From assembly GCA_001179505.1 (NCBI GenBank), contig CDMY01000444.1, forward strand, positions 1 through 64,000: a stretch of 64,000 nucleotides of DNA, written 5' to 3'. This DNA is from Vitrella brassicaformis CCMP3155. Its lineage: Eukaryota; Protista; Chromerida. Position numbers and translations under genes: made by a program. This document shows positions 26,448 through 38,329 of this stretch, piece by piece. The notes below the pieces were generated by a model that saw nothing but the letters and a program-made list of their open reading frames with translations, was not told the origin of the DNA and searched no databases. Every line of letters begins with the position of its first letter. The first letter of the stretch is position 1.

Positions 26448-26986
26448 ATTGGTGCCATGTATGAGCGACACTTCAGCCTTGAGGGGCACGTGTTGACGTC
26501 TGCCGCGCCGGCGGCCCACTCCCCCTCGCGCGGCTCCTTCCTCTTCACCGCCTCGGCAGTCACCGAGGGCCACCCGACAAAATGTGCGACTGCGTTTCCG
26601 ACGCCGTGCTCGATGCCTGCCTGAAGCAAGACCGCTACGCCCTCACGTCAGTCAACACCGTGTGCACTCCCAACGGTGAGCAGCGCTACACACGATACGC
26701 CTACCTACCGACCTACCTACCTACCCACTTTGTGGTGCGTTGTGGTGTGTTGTGTTGTGTGTGTTGCAGGGTTGGTCATGTCTTGGGGAACCGTCATGAA
26801 GCGCTTCCAGTACCCGCCAGAGCCGGATGTGCACGTGGGCTACGCCGAGGTGATGCGCCAGACGCTGAGGGAGATCGGGTACGACAGCGGCGCAAAGGGC
26901 CTCGACTACACGTGCGTGAGGATTGTGGCCGACATTAAGCACAACGTCGATTACGTCGGGGATGTGGAGTTCAGCGGCAACAGGAA
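26448..26986 (+). pseudogene. MAT N-terminal domain-derived exons, copy 3, with a -1 frameshift inside GHPDK
   Basis: SFLFTASAVTEGH[P/DK shift at 26573-26575]MCDCVSDAVLDACLKQD...VCTPN|GLVMSWG...YAEVMRQTLREIGYDSGAKGLDY. Flanks 26018-26630 duplicate 12860-13320. Confidence 0.85.
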
Positions 26987-27204
26987 GTGAGACCGGCTCA
27001 TGAGTGACACACGACACAAGAAAGCGGTGGAAGCGATGTTGACGGCAGCGCTCTTTGTCTTGAGGCCGTGCGTTTCGTCGTTTGCTAAGATCCTCACCAG
27101 AAGACTCACCAGCAGAGATGCACGTGTCTTGTTCCATTGTTGGTCGTGCTGCAGGGACGGTGATAGTGGAATTCGGAGAATCATCAAATCATCGACTACG
27201 GGAA

Positions 27205-27500
27205 CAGCGGACAAGAAGTTGACAAAGAAGGAGGAACGGTAGGAACAAGCCCATCACGAAGTTCAGAGCTTACAGACACGTGTCTCCTTCAGACATCGCT
27301 GCCTATGTTTTATATCCGGAGGCCGTGTTTCTTATTGCGGCGGACCAAGGTAGGATGATTCATCGAAATGCAAGTGTGCTGGTGTGTGCAGGGACCGTGG
27401 CGACGTGAGGCGCCCCGAGGTGGGACGGCTGAGGCCCGGAAGGCAGATGAGGACGAGGAGGTGGGAAGGAGAGAGGGAGTGAGGGAGTGAGGGAGCGATG
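27205..27500 (+). repeat. Block H copy 1 (copy 2 at ~28625-28900)
   Basis: gcggacaagaagttgacaa...gtaggaacaagcccatcacgaagttcagagcttacagac...tcagacatcgctgcctatgttttatatccggaggcc is near-identical in both places. Confidence 0.9.
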
Positions 27501-28231
27501 TCGACGGCAGTGCTCTTTGTCTTGTGGATGTCATGTGGCTAATGTAGGGCCACCCTGTTGATGACACTCAACACCACACTCACAGGTAACCAATTGACCA
27601 TCCGTGAAGGAGCAGACGGGTACTTCTGGCTGCTGCTTTCTGTCTGTGCAGAGTACCGCAAGCGCTACCTGGATATCGTCGACAACATTCGCACCAACGA
27701 GCTGCAAATCGCGCTGGGTACAATAAAGAGACAGCGACTCTTCTACTGTACATAACGCATTGCGTCTTGTCTGATGCTTTCCGCACACAGACGAGCGGCA
27801 GAGACGTAGACGCCAGTTGGAGAGCGGTACGCATGACAACCCAATAACACGCCCTCACTGGTGTGTGCCGATGGATGGTGTTTTCGTTCGTGTCTTGTCT
27901 TCGATTTAGATGTGACTGCTGCGTTGAAGGCCGAGAGGAAGGCTAAGTTCGATGATGAGGCTGGTATGCAGCCCTTTTTTCTGTTTTTTTGCACCCATCG
28001 GGTGCATTCGAGCACATCAACGTTCCCAGCGTTCATCTCGAGGGCTTTCTAGTGCGCTTTTCCGGCAAGGATTTCCGGTCTGAACTCGAGCACGCACCTC
28101 TGCACTCGGAATCAGGAGCCAGACCTCGACCTTCTCGCGACACAAATACTACACGATCTGGGCACTCAGCTGAAGATTGACGCCGACCACATCACCGTCA
28201 AGAAGGCCTCCCACACGTCAAGAAGGCATTT

Positions 28232-28340
28232 GACGACACCCCGGAGCTGATGCCTTTGGCTCAGTCGCTGGCTGACAAGTTGGGCAAGCGGCTCACTGAC
28301 GTCAGGAACGACAGTCAGTGACACCACACACACAAACACA

Positions 28341-28377
<37 letters not shown>

Positions 28378-28647
28378 GCAGAGAGATAGAGAGATAGACT
28401 GACACTGACAAGACGTACAAACAGGTGCCTGCCTGCCTGCCTGCCTGCTGCTGTGCTCACCTGCCTGGTGTGTGTGTGTGTGTGTGTGTGTCCGCCTGTA
28501 GGCACTCTGGCTTATCTGCACCCCGCAGGCAAGGCGACGGTGACGGTTGAGTACGACCAGGCGGAGGGCGCGACTGCACGCGGTACGCCCCGGTCGTACA
28601 AGGAAGACATCCTCAAGACACTCAGGGAAGAGCGGACAAGAAGTTGA
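28232..28647 (+). CDS. MAT central domain-derived exons, copy 3
   Basis: DDTPELMPLAQSLADKLGKRLTDVRND|(S)TLAYLHPAGKATVTVEY, split by a GT-AG intron at 28314-28501. Confidence 0.8.
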
Positions 28648-30405
28648 CAAGGAGGGAGAAAGAGTAGGAACAAGCCCATCACGAAGTTCAGAGCTTACAG
28701 ACGCGTGTCTCCTTCAGACATCGCTGCCTATGTTTTATATCCGGAGGCCGTGTCTCTCACTGCGACGGACCAAGGTAGGACGATTCATCGAAATGCCAGT
28801 GTGTTGGTGTGTGCAGGGACCGTGGCGACGGTGGGACGGCTGAGGCCCGGAAGGCAGATAAGGACGAGGAGGTGGGAGAGAGGGAGGGATTCAGGGAGGG
28901 AGGGAGCGACAGACAGGTGACAGATCTCTGCTGTGTGTGGTGTGTGTGTTGAGCTGTCTGTGTTGCACAAGCCGAGCTGTTGGAGGTGCCGCAGGACAAG
29001 GAGGTCGCCATCTCGACTGTCCGTGGCTTTCTGGGGACCATCCCGAAGTTCTCAATCGAGACGACTGTCCCGACGACGGGCGAGCACCGTTATCTCTTGT
29101 CTTAGCGCATCGATGATTCTGCCTGTCTGCATTTGTGCAGGCAGCCGAGGCCGCCAAATTGCTGCCTACTTTTTATATCCCTGGGTCTCTTCTTTCAGCG
29201 AGTATCACAGGGCGTCCCCAGCTCACCACCACAACCACCACCAACACGCCACGCGCAGACGCGTAAAGGAAAAGCACTGGACCACCTGCTCATGTCTTGA
29301 ATGCAGTACATGTACCCTCAGAGGTGAGGTGCCCATGGCCACAACAAACAGAGGTCAGTGACAGAGATATGGGCATACGTAGGCACGGAACCAGAAATGG
29401 TCGGTGCGGCCACCCCCTCCCACCCCTGCAGCCCCTCGTGTACCCCTGCTGCCAACCCTCGCCCAGCCAGCGACGCGAAAGAAGGCCTGCTGCACGTGAC
29501 GTCCGGTGCGCGGCAAAAGCTCTCCGGTGCGCAAGGCAAGTGCATCCATTCATTTGCGTGCCTTTGGAGGGGCGGAATTGAGTGAGTTCAGATTTGGCTG
29601 ATAGGGATGGAATGGGGAGAAGAAAAGGTATCTGCTGCATGTGTGGCGGGCTGGCTGGGCTGCGCTGCGCTGCGCTGCACTGCGCTGCGCTGCTATCTCG
29701 ATTGGCAGAAACACGGGCGTTCACGCAAACGGTCATCGTGTGCGTATGCAGCGTTGCATTGGTTATGTCGACTGGCTCTATGGGGCGCATTGGCTGGTCG
29801 ATTGGGTGGATAAGTGGATAGTATAGATTAGATTTGGCTTGTGAGATGAACCGCACACAGACAAACGACGGGACATCTTTTTCCCATGGATGGACACGAG
29901 TCCGTTTGTGGTTGGGTTGCTGCGGTCGTATGCTTTCTGGCTGGATGGGTCGATAGCCACGGGCGTGGCGAGTGTCTCACTCGCCGGTTTCTCTCTGTCT
30001 GTCAGTCTGCCGGCCCCTCCCTCCCTCCCTGCTTCCCCCCCTCCTTGTGACACGTGTGCGGATGTGTGCATGCATGGTGTGGGGACGCGTTTGCTGGCTG
30101 TTTTTCTCGGCGTACATTTGTGGCGAGAAAGTCGTCCAAAGGACAGATTTGTCTGCGTCGGCCTGCCTGCCTGACTGGTCGAAATGTTTGTGTGTGCCGT
30201 TCGGTTTGGCTGAATGCCCGTGTTTCTTTCTGTCTGCACAACGATGTGGAACAGTCAGCGAATGAGGAAGTCACCACAGTCTCATACACACCCAGAGAGC
30301 CGGCAACCGTCGGTGCACATAGCAGACCGCCGCCCACATGGAGGCACCCGTGCCCCATACCCCCATACCCCTCCTTCCCCATATCGACAGACAGCTACTG
30401 AACAT

Positions 30406-31442
30406 CTACTCATTGTTGAGCCATGTTGCCCCACATCTGTGGTATGGGTTCACAGCCCAACGTCTGTGGTAGGGGTTATAATCTGTGGTTCCCTTGACTG
30501 CCTGGGCGATACACTGGACCACCCGCATGGTGATGTCGATGGGCAGCCTCTTGAGCAGCGGCGACCAGGTCTCCCAATTGCCCTCCACCACCTCCCTCGC
30601 CACCGACTCCACCATCTTCTGCTTGGGGAAGTCCTGGCTCTCCAGCACTCCCGGATTGAGGTCCAGGATGAACACGGCCATGGCAATGGTCCACTCCCCG
30701 GCGCACGAGTAGAGCGCCTCCAGGATGGCCGCCACGTGCGCCTCCATCTGGAAGTACTGACACATGGCCAGCAGGGACAGCAGGCCGCTGTAGACCGTGG
30801 TGCCGGCCGCCTTGTGCTTCTTCTGCGGAGGGCCCTCCGATGCCGCGGCCGCTCCCTGCGCGGCACCCCCTGACTGTGTGTCGTCGCTGGGCACGTGGAG
30901 GGCATACGGTAGGCGCTGACACCACCACACACAGACGGGAGGGGAGAGGGGGGTGCTGCACGTGTAATCGATCACTCTGATCTGCATCTACATGCCATCA
31001 TGCCAGCTACTTGCGCCTTGAGCACCTGACGTGAATGAATGGAAAAAGCAAACGACGCACGTGTGCATCAGCGAGAATAGACGACAGCAGCTGGCGCCTG
31101 CTGCTTGCTTCTCACCTCTGGATTCCCCACTTCTCCCGATTCGAGCAGCCAGCCCATGTGTCTGAAGGTCTCGGGCTGGATGGCGGGCACCTCGACGGAC
31201 TGTGTGGAGCTCTCGGCAAATCCATGGCCGTCCAGCGCGGCAGCGAAGTAAGGCGAATACTTGACCAGAAGATCCTGCACACGTACACCAACCAAAGGCA
31301 CGCACATCACTGACAGATGCACTGCGCCCCTCCCTGTGCCGTCCATCCCCCTTTCCTCCCTCCTCACCTTTTTCTGATCAAAGGTCTTCTTGACATCGCC
31401 CGACCCGACGACTATCTTCACCAGCGACGCCTCACCCATCAT
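30406..31442 (-). CDS. BTB/POZ-domain protein
   Basis: SLVKIVVGSGDVKKTF..K|DLLVKYSPYFAAALDGHGFAESSTQSVEVPAIQPETF is a BTB signature. LLSLLAMCQYFQMEAH and a helical BACK-like tail follow; stop at 30406. Confidence 0.8.
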
Positions 31443-31514
31443 GGGCAACGCTCACCAAGAGGCGCTCTCCACCGCTATTTCTCAATCGAACTCTCTACTT
31501 TCTCATCTGCTGCA

Positions 31515-33258
31515 GTCCTGCAGCGCTACAGAAGGGCCCTCATGGGCTGGAAAGGGCTCTTCCGCACCGCTGCGATCCACATTTGCGAGCTTGAATCACG
31601 AAGGGAGATGCATTCGCTTCTTTCCAGCATGATGATTCAGACAAGCAATCCCAGTCGCAGCAGCTGACAAGATCCAGCCAAAACAGTTCGTGTCAGTCGG
31701 CTTCAAAGTTGCTCGGGAGATGAGATGAATGCGCACAGATCAGCAGGAGATAGTGACTGAGTTGAGGCTTGATTCGCCTCTCTTTCAGGCCCAGACAAGC
31801 GACGCGATGAATTGGCTGCTTCAGACCGAGCCGGGCGCCGTGTGCCGCGTCTGCCACTCATGTGATGCCACTGTTGAGAGCGGCATACTCATTGCTCCGT
31901 GCGGCTGCAAGGGCACTCTCAGATGGGTGCATACGAGCTGCCTGGGAAACTGGAGAAAGCCCGCTGGTGGAACAGGTGGGCGTCTAAAGATGGACCTGCA
32001 AGTGGACATTTCAACTCGCATGGCTGGTCTTGTTGTGTGTGCAGCCAGGTTGAAGCCGACGTGTGACGTCTGTCTGAAGTACTAAGCTACAGAAGGAGAA
32101 GGGCTGGATATCTGATGTGCATTGCCTTGTGTCTGTCGGTTCAGGGATTATGACGCCGGGCCGCGTGGTCCGTTCTGTCTGCCGGTCGGCCTCATCCCAG
32201 ACGCCCTCTTCGCTCTCGCGTACAGTCTGCTGGCCTGTCTGCCGCCGCTGCTGGCAATCATGCACAGCTGCGACAGAAGCAACATACTGACCCGGGCGCT
32301 CCGGCTCTACCGCATGATCCCCCTGGTCATCGTGGTCGGTCTGACTGTTTCCGCCTTTGATTGGCTGGCGGGGCGACAACATGCGGACGGCTCTTCGCTG
32401 AGATGTGGTCTGCGGATGGCTATCGGGCTGATTGTGACGGCTGCTGGGGCGCTGCGTATGATGGGCAGTGACATCTGGACATTTGAAGCGGGGGGATTCC
32501 GGTCATGCGACAATGGGGCGCGTTCCTTCCGCAGAGCGCTGGGAGATTGTTTTGTGTTACTCATGGTGTCGCTCGCCTTGCTGCCTTATAGTCTTTTGAA
32601 AGGGGACAAGGTGCACCAGGCCACACGAGAGGCGCTGTTGCGGTTTCGGCAACGACATGCTATTGATTCTGATGGACTCTTTATGGGCATGGTGTCGCTT
32701 TACATGCGAGAGGGGTCCTACTATCTCATGATCGCGGTGTGGTCGCTGACCCCTCTGGTGATTTGCGCCAGGTTGTGGAGCCGAAACAGCCTGCCATTCA
32801 TCCCACTCTACTTGATTGTCGCGCTGCTGGGCGCCATCTCTGTGTGGAAGCGGCGGGCGATTGACCAGCTGATGGAGGAGGGTGGACTGTATTCATCTTC
32901 TTTGGCTTTCTGTATCGTTGGCGTGGTCTTAAGCGTCATCCTTCGTATGGCGTCGTTTGCCATGCGCCGGTCCTGGTGGATGTTTGAGGCACTGGGGGAG
33001 TATGATCTGCTTGGCTTCCTAGTGGTGGGGCTCCCCATTGCAACAATCATCGGCTGCAGCATTTCCGGGCCCCTTGAAAGGTGGGATCTGCTGCAGCGAG
33101 TGCGTCTGGTACTGCCCCTGCCTTGTCTTGCCCTCTGTGTGTGTGTGTGTGTGTGTGTGTATGTGATGTGTGCAGCCTGCGAGCCGCCGTCGTGCGATTG
33201 TCCGACGACCATCTGCGTGCGGGCGGATAGGATTATCGTACAATCGATTCGTATTTGA
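31515..33258 (+). CDS. RING-CH (RINGv, MARCH-like) multi-pass membrane E3 ligase, copy 1; 5' part irregular
   Basis: CRVC...[19 protein letters not shown]...TCDVC is a C4HC3 ring at 31826-32085, followed by a ~1-kb exon with several hydrophobic helices. Confidence 0.8.
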
Positions 33259-33537
33259 CCTCGTGTTGCGTGCATCGTGTGGCTGCCTGGCTGTTCGGCC
33301 GTATGGGAATCGAAAGTGTGGTGGGAGAGGAGCGTCCTAGCATTTTCGGCCGGGAACATATGACTCGGGTTGGGCTCCCTTGGCTGTGGTGGTGATACCA
33401 GTTGGCTGGTACTGATGGCAGGTGAGATCTCTAATCGGGGGGTCCGGAAGCTGGAAAAGATAGACAGGTGCGTGTGTTTGTGTGCATGTCTGTCTGTCTG
33501 TGTGCGTGTGTTTGGGATTATGACGTCGGGCCGCGTG

Positions 33538-35023
33538 GTCCTGCAGCGCTACAGAAGGGCCCTCATGGGCTGGAAAGGGCTCTTCCGCACCGCTGCGATC
33601 CACATTTGCGAGCTTGAATCACGAGAAGCGAGAAATGCTTCTTTCCGCATTCTCACAATCCCAGCCGACAAGATCCAGCCAAAACAGTTCGTGTCAGTCG
33701 GCTTCAAAGTTGCTCGGGAGGTGAGAAATGCGATGCTGTCGTTGCTGGCCCAGCCCGAGCCGGGTGCCGTGTGCCGCTTCTGCCTTTCACCTGATGAGAC
33801 TGTTGAGAGCGGCATACTCATTGCGCCGTGCGGCTGCAAGGGCTCTGTCAGATGGGTTCACGTCACTTGCTTTGATTCATGGCGGAAGCGTGATGGTGGG
33901 GTGAAGTCGACTTGTGGCGTCTGTCTGGAGTAAGCTACATACAGTGAGAGTGACAACCGGCCGGTTCAGTGATTGATTGGTGATCTGTGGGTTGCCTGTG
34001 TTGTGTGTGTCCAGGCGTTATGACATTATGCCTTATGACATTGGGCCACATGGCTCGTCTAATCTGCCGGTCGGCCTCATCCCAGACGCCCTCTTCTCTC
34101 TCGCGTACAGTCTGCTCGCCTGTCTGCCGCTGCTGATGACAATTCTACACAGCTGCGACAGAAGCAACATACTGACCCGAGCGCTCCGGCTCTGCCACGT
34201 GATCCCCATGGCCACCGTGGTCGGCCTGACTCTTTCCGCCTTGGACTGGGTGGCGGGGCGACAACATGCGGGCAGCTCATCGCTTCGGTGTGGTCTGCGG
34301 ATGGCTATCGCATTCATTGTGGCGGCTGCTGGGGCGGCGCGAATGCTCATCTGGACATTTGCCGCAGGCGGACTTGGCGGCGTGTGGGCTGCGCATGTGG
34401 CGGGGTGCGCCGAGAAGCGATCGTTGGCTACCGCCTTTTTCTGCTATTGTCCTTTGATCTTTGTGTCTTTGGCCTTCCTGCCTTACTGTCTGGTGAGGGG
34501 TGAGAAGGTGCACCAGGCCACACGAGAGGCGCTATTGCGGTTGCGGCACCGACATACGGCTGCTACTGCTGGTGGTGGTTGTCGTGAGGGCGTTGGGTCG
34601 TTGTTTGTGTGCCTCTTCTCCGCTGCTTTGTTCTACTTGAGGGAGGGGGCCTACTATGTGCTGATTGCCATGTGGTCCCTGGCACACATTGTGTTTTGGG
34701 AGCTGATTGTCAGCCGATTCCTTCCGGCTTATCTCACTGCCGCGGCGGTGGTGGCCGTGAGTGTGTGACAGCGGCCGCAAGTGGACGAGCTGCTGCAGCA
34801 GAGGGGGTGGTATACGGAGGTGCCCCCGGCTGTTCTGTCGAGTATGATCTATCTCGCCGGTATCGCTGTGGCAGTTTGCTTTGGAGTTTCTAACGTGCGG
34901 TTGTCCTTATGGATCGTGGGCCTGCTGCAGTTGGCCGACGATACCGTGGTGCTCACGTTGCTCTCGTGGATTCCCGTCTTAATCTTGTTAATCTTGTACG
35001 GCTATGTCCTCACAACGCATTGA
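33538..35023 (+). pseudogene. RING-CH membrane E3 ligase, copy 2, with a premature TGA
   Basis: CRFC...[19 protein letters not shown]...TCGVC with a TM exon homologous to copy 1. TGA at 34766-34768 lies where copy 1 has TGG (ISVWKRR vs VSV*QRP), and homology continues to 35023. Confidence 0.75.
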
Positions 35024-35209
35024 CCGGTGAGTGAGACTCAGTACTCTTCAGTTAGTCTTTATGTGCGCACCCCACTGTTCCCCTGTCTGTCTGTGTGTGT
35101 CACTCGTCCGTGCAGGCCGTCTTGCAGGGGAATAGGATTGGTATGTGCCAGCTGGCCCCAGGTAGACAGATAGACAGACAGTGGCTGACTAGCGTGGTGT
35201 TCTTTTCGT

Positions 35210-35500
35210 ATGATGTGTCACACTTGCCCGGGCCAGCGCATTTGTACTAGTGAGCAAGGAAGCCTCAAGTTCGTGTCGGGATTTCTTTGAGTCCCTTTTG
35301 CCTGCCTTCCTGCCCTCAATGTGTTCTGTACGCTAATGGAAGTCACATAAGTCACATCAATGCTCACTGACTCAGCGGAAAGGAGTCCCGCGCACACGCA
35401 TATCTCTCCTCAGGTATACACACAACCTACTGGATAGATGGATCATCACATATGCAGATGGATAGGTGGCAGGCATGTGCAGCCGAGCACTATAAAAGAC
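35210..35500 (+). repeat. ~300-bp non-coding direct repeat (second copy ~37378-37650)
   Basis: Shared agcgcatttgtac, ctcaagttcgtgtcg.gatttct, ctcaatgtgttctgta, ggaagtcaca and gcagccgagcactata. Confidence 0.8.
35491..35498 (+). promoter_or_regulatory. Possible TATA box
   Basis: TATAAAAG ~290 bp upstream of the ATG at 35778; it reads TATAGAG in the gene-less repeat copy. Confidence 0.3.
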
Positions 35501-35777
35501 ACATCAGCACGGGAGACAACGGAACTAATCCAGCCCAGCACACCACTCGACGGACGAATGAAGCCAACCGGTGTTACTCAGCCGTGCAGCCTTTGACTTA
35601 ATCAACGTGTGAGCGGCTGTGAAGCAGGTCAACAGCATACGTCATTTGACTGGATCGAGTTTACATACAGTGTACATGCCGCCGTTGGATTCCTAAAACT
35701 TCCGTAACTCGTCCTTATCAGCCTTTCCGCGAGCCACCACTCCTCCCGAGAGGCACGCCAAGCCAAAAGCAGTCACC

Positions 35778-36443
35778 ATGCAGCGCGCCACCGTCCTCTT
35801 CGCGTTCGTCTCTGTGCTCGTCTGTGGCGTGACAGCTGAGCCCCTGGCTGTTGACCCCGTGCAGCAGTTCAAGGACTTCCTGGGCGGATTCGAGAATGTC
35901 AAAGACTTCCTGGGAGGACTCGATGTGACAAAAAACATGGGTACGTGGATGGGGTGTGGAGAACAACACACAGACACACGTACAGTGAGCCGTTGCCGCA
36001 TCTCTCGGTCTCGTGTGTGCACAGGGCAGGTCAAGAAGTTCCTCGAAGGACTGGAGGAGAACGTCAGCCTGGGTACGTACGCATCCCCACACACGTAGCT
36101 GTAGCCGCAACACGCCTGTGCGTGCCGCAACTGCTTCTGCGATTCAGGGAGCATTAAGAATGTGCGTGAGAAGGCCACTCTCGCCCTCGACAACTCGTTC
36201 AAGACCATCAAGGCAATCCAGACGCGCAGAGGGCCACAGGACGAGCCGCGCAAGCCGCGCATGACTGCAGCGAGCGAGGAGGAGGATGACCCGATCATCG
36301 ACTTCATCAACGACATTCTCCAGGGCGTCGACGACCTGCTCAACGACCTCGATGAGCAATTGACGGACGACCAGAGGGAGCTGCTTTTGCAGATCAGGGC
36401 GTTCTTCGTTGCGTTGCTAGCTGTCTTCAGCATCAACATCTAG
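35778..36443 (+). CDS. Secreted alpha-helical hypothetical protein (3 exons)
   Basis: Signal peptide MQRATVLFAFVSVLVCGVTA; clean introns at ~35941-36025 and ~36073-36147; amphipathic acidic helices DPIIDFINDILQGVDDLLNDL. Confidence 0.75.
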
Positions 36444-37295
36444 GCATGTGTGTGTATTATTTGTCTCGTTGTTGATGTGGTGCGTGTGGGTGGGTGGGTG
36501 CGTGCGTGCAGTCAGGACAGTCGTGTGTGCGTGCCGTGCATGGGTCTGAATGTGGGTGCCTAAAGGAAGCGCCGGCAGGACGCGTGCATGCTCGCATACA
36601 TACATACATACGTACATGGCATGGTGGAATGGGAGGGATCTCAGAGAGACTTCGTTCGTTCGTGTGTGCTGTGCTCTATGCGTTTAGGCGCGTGTGAGTA
36701 GGTTACAGAAGACAGACACAGCCAGCAGGCCGAATCGGCCAGCCAGCCGGCCCTACCATGTGATGATGACTTTTGGCGTACATTTCTTGAGAATTTCGAC
36801 TGATCGAACGGACTGGCTTTCGGTAGGTATGTGTTACTTTTGGGTGGAGTTGACGACGTATGCGGACGTATGCGTGAGTGTGATGGATATGTGTTGCATT
36901 CGAATGGACGGACACACCTGAAGGGATGAACTCTGAGACACAAATGTATATGACGACAAACCCACACACAGCCCCGAATGCACGTGCACAAACACCGTGA
37001 GGATACTGTTTGCTCGTGTGGTCTTCATCTGTCTGTCTGACTGTCTGTCTGTCTGAGGAGGCGGCTGAGAAGGAGAGGCAGTCGAGCAGCAGTACGAGCA
37101 ACGCCAGCAGCACGACCAGCAGCAGGCGGCCCCGATAGAGGTATCATCAACTCGACTGCGCCCACCCCCCTCACTCCATCTGTCGTCTGTCGTGTCGATC
37201 AGGTGCCGCAGGAAGCAGTATGTCTACCTGTGGGATGGGGCCCGTACGGAACTGCGCCCGCTCGTCACTGTGCAGAGAGGGACACAGACAGAGAC

Positions 37296-37326
<31 letters not shown>

Positions 37327-38039
37327 GGGGCAGCTCGAGTGTGGCGGCCGGCTGACTTGCTTGGTGTTTTTTGCGTGTGATGTGCCACACCTCCCCGGGC
37401 GAGCGCATTTGTACCAGTGTGCGGGGATTTCCGCAGGGTGACGTCAGGGGAGACTCAAGTTCGTGTCGAGATTTCTCTTGAGTCCGTTTTGCCAGCCTCT
37501 GTGCTCTCAATGTGTTCTGTATGCCAGTGGAAGTCACATTTGTGCCCACTACGAAAAGGATTCCCCGTGCTCCCCGCACACACGCACACCTCGTCAGGTC
37601 AATGAATGATTCATTCATCACCGAAATGCAGCCGAGCACTATAGAGACATATCAAGAGAACAACGGATGTCGGGGGGTAAGCTCTCTAAGCTCAGCTCAC
37701 TTAGGACATTCCGTGAAACCGCTCTCTCGCAATGGGAGAGAGAGCTCTCACCTCGGGAGAGCTACCACCAAGGACGAGGCGTACAGAGCAGAGCAGAGAA
37801 GCACTAGGTGAGTCGGTGGGCACGTCACTCTCGCACCTCCTCGCCATTTTGATCACCATCTGGCAGATCAGCGTGTGCCACGGTCATTCATACCCGTCTG
37901 CACGTCAGGGCAGGCCACGGCAGCGAGGCACCACAGGACAGACAGAAAAGAGCCGAAAAACGGGGCGCCAATTCACTTGAGGGGTCGATCTCTCTGTGTG
38001 AGCAGGAGGAGCACCCACCCACACAAGACCACCCAGTGG

Positions 38040-38073
<34 letters not shown>

Positions 38074-38329
38074 CACCGGTAAGTATGACAAGCATGTGGC
38101 CACACTGGAGGGCTGGAGGCATTTTCTTGAGTAATTGATCGCAATATAGTGGGGGAAGAGGAATGGCCGCTGGTGTGTGTCGGTACAGACAATGTTCAGC
38201 GGCCTGGCACTGTTGGGCATGACGCCCAACTGGGCCCTTACGATCCCCCATCGGGCGGGTGAGAGAAAGGGAGGGATGGAGGGAAGGAGCACACGGACAA
38301 GGGTGTCCGTGTGTGTGTGCGTGCGTGCA

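Noticed and set aside
16318-29180. ATATCC in the recurrent motif as a U12 (AT-AC) 5' splice site
   Set aside because: It lacks the TTT of RTATCCTTT, and no TCCTTAAC branch site or AC terminus was seen.
27-34768. TGA read as Trp (in-frame TGA at 27-29 before the MATE exon and at 34766)
   Set aside because: MATE, CSN3, the H+-ATPase and one secreted gene end in TGA. An alternative acceptor at 29-30 or an ordinary nonsense mutation explains these cases.
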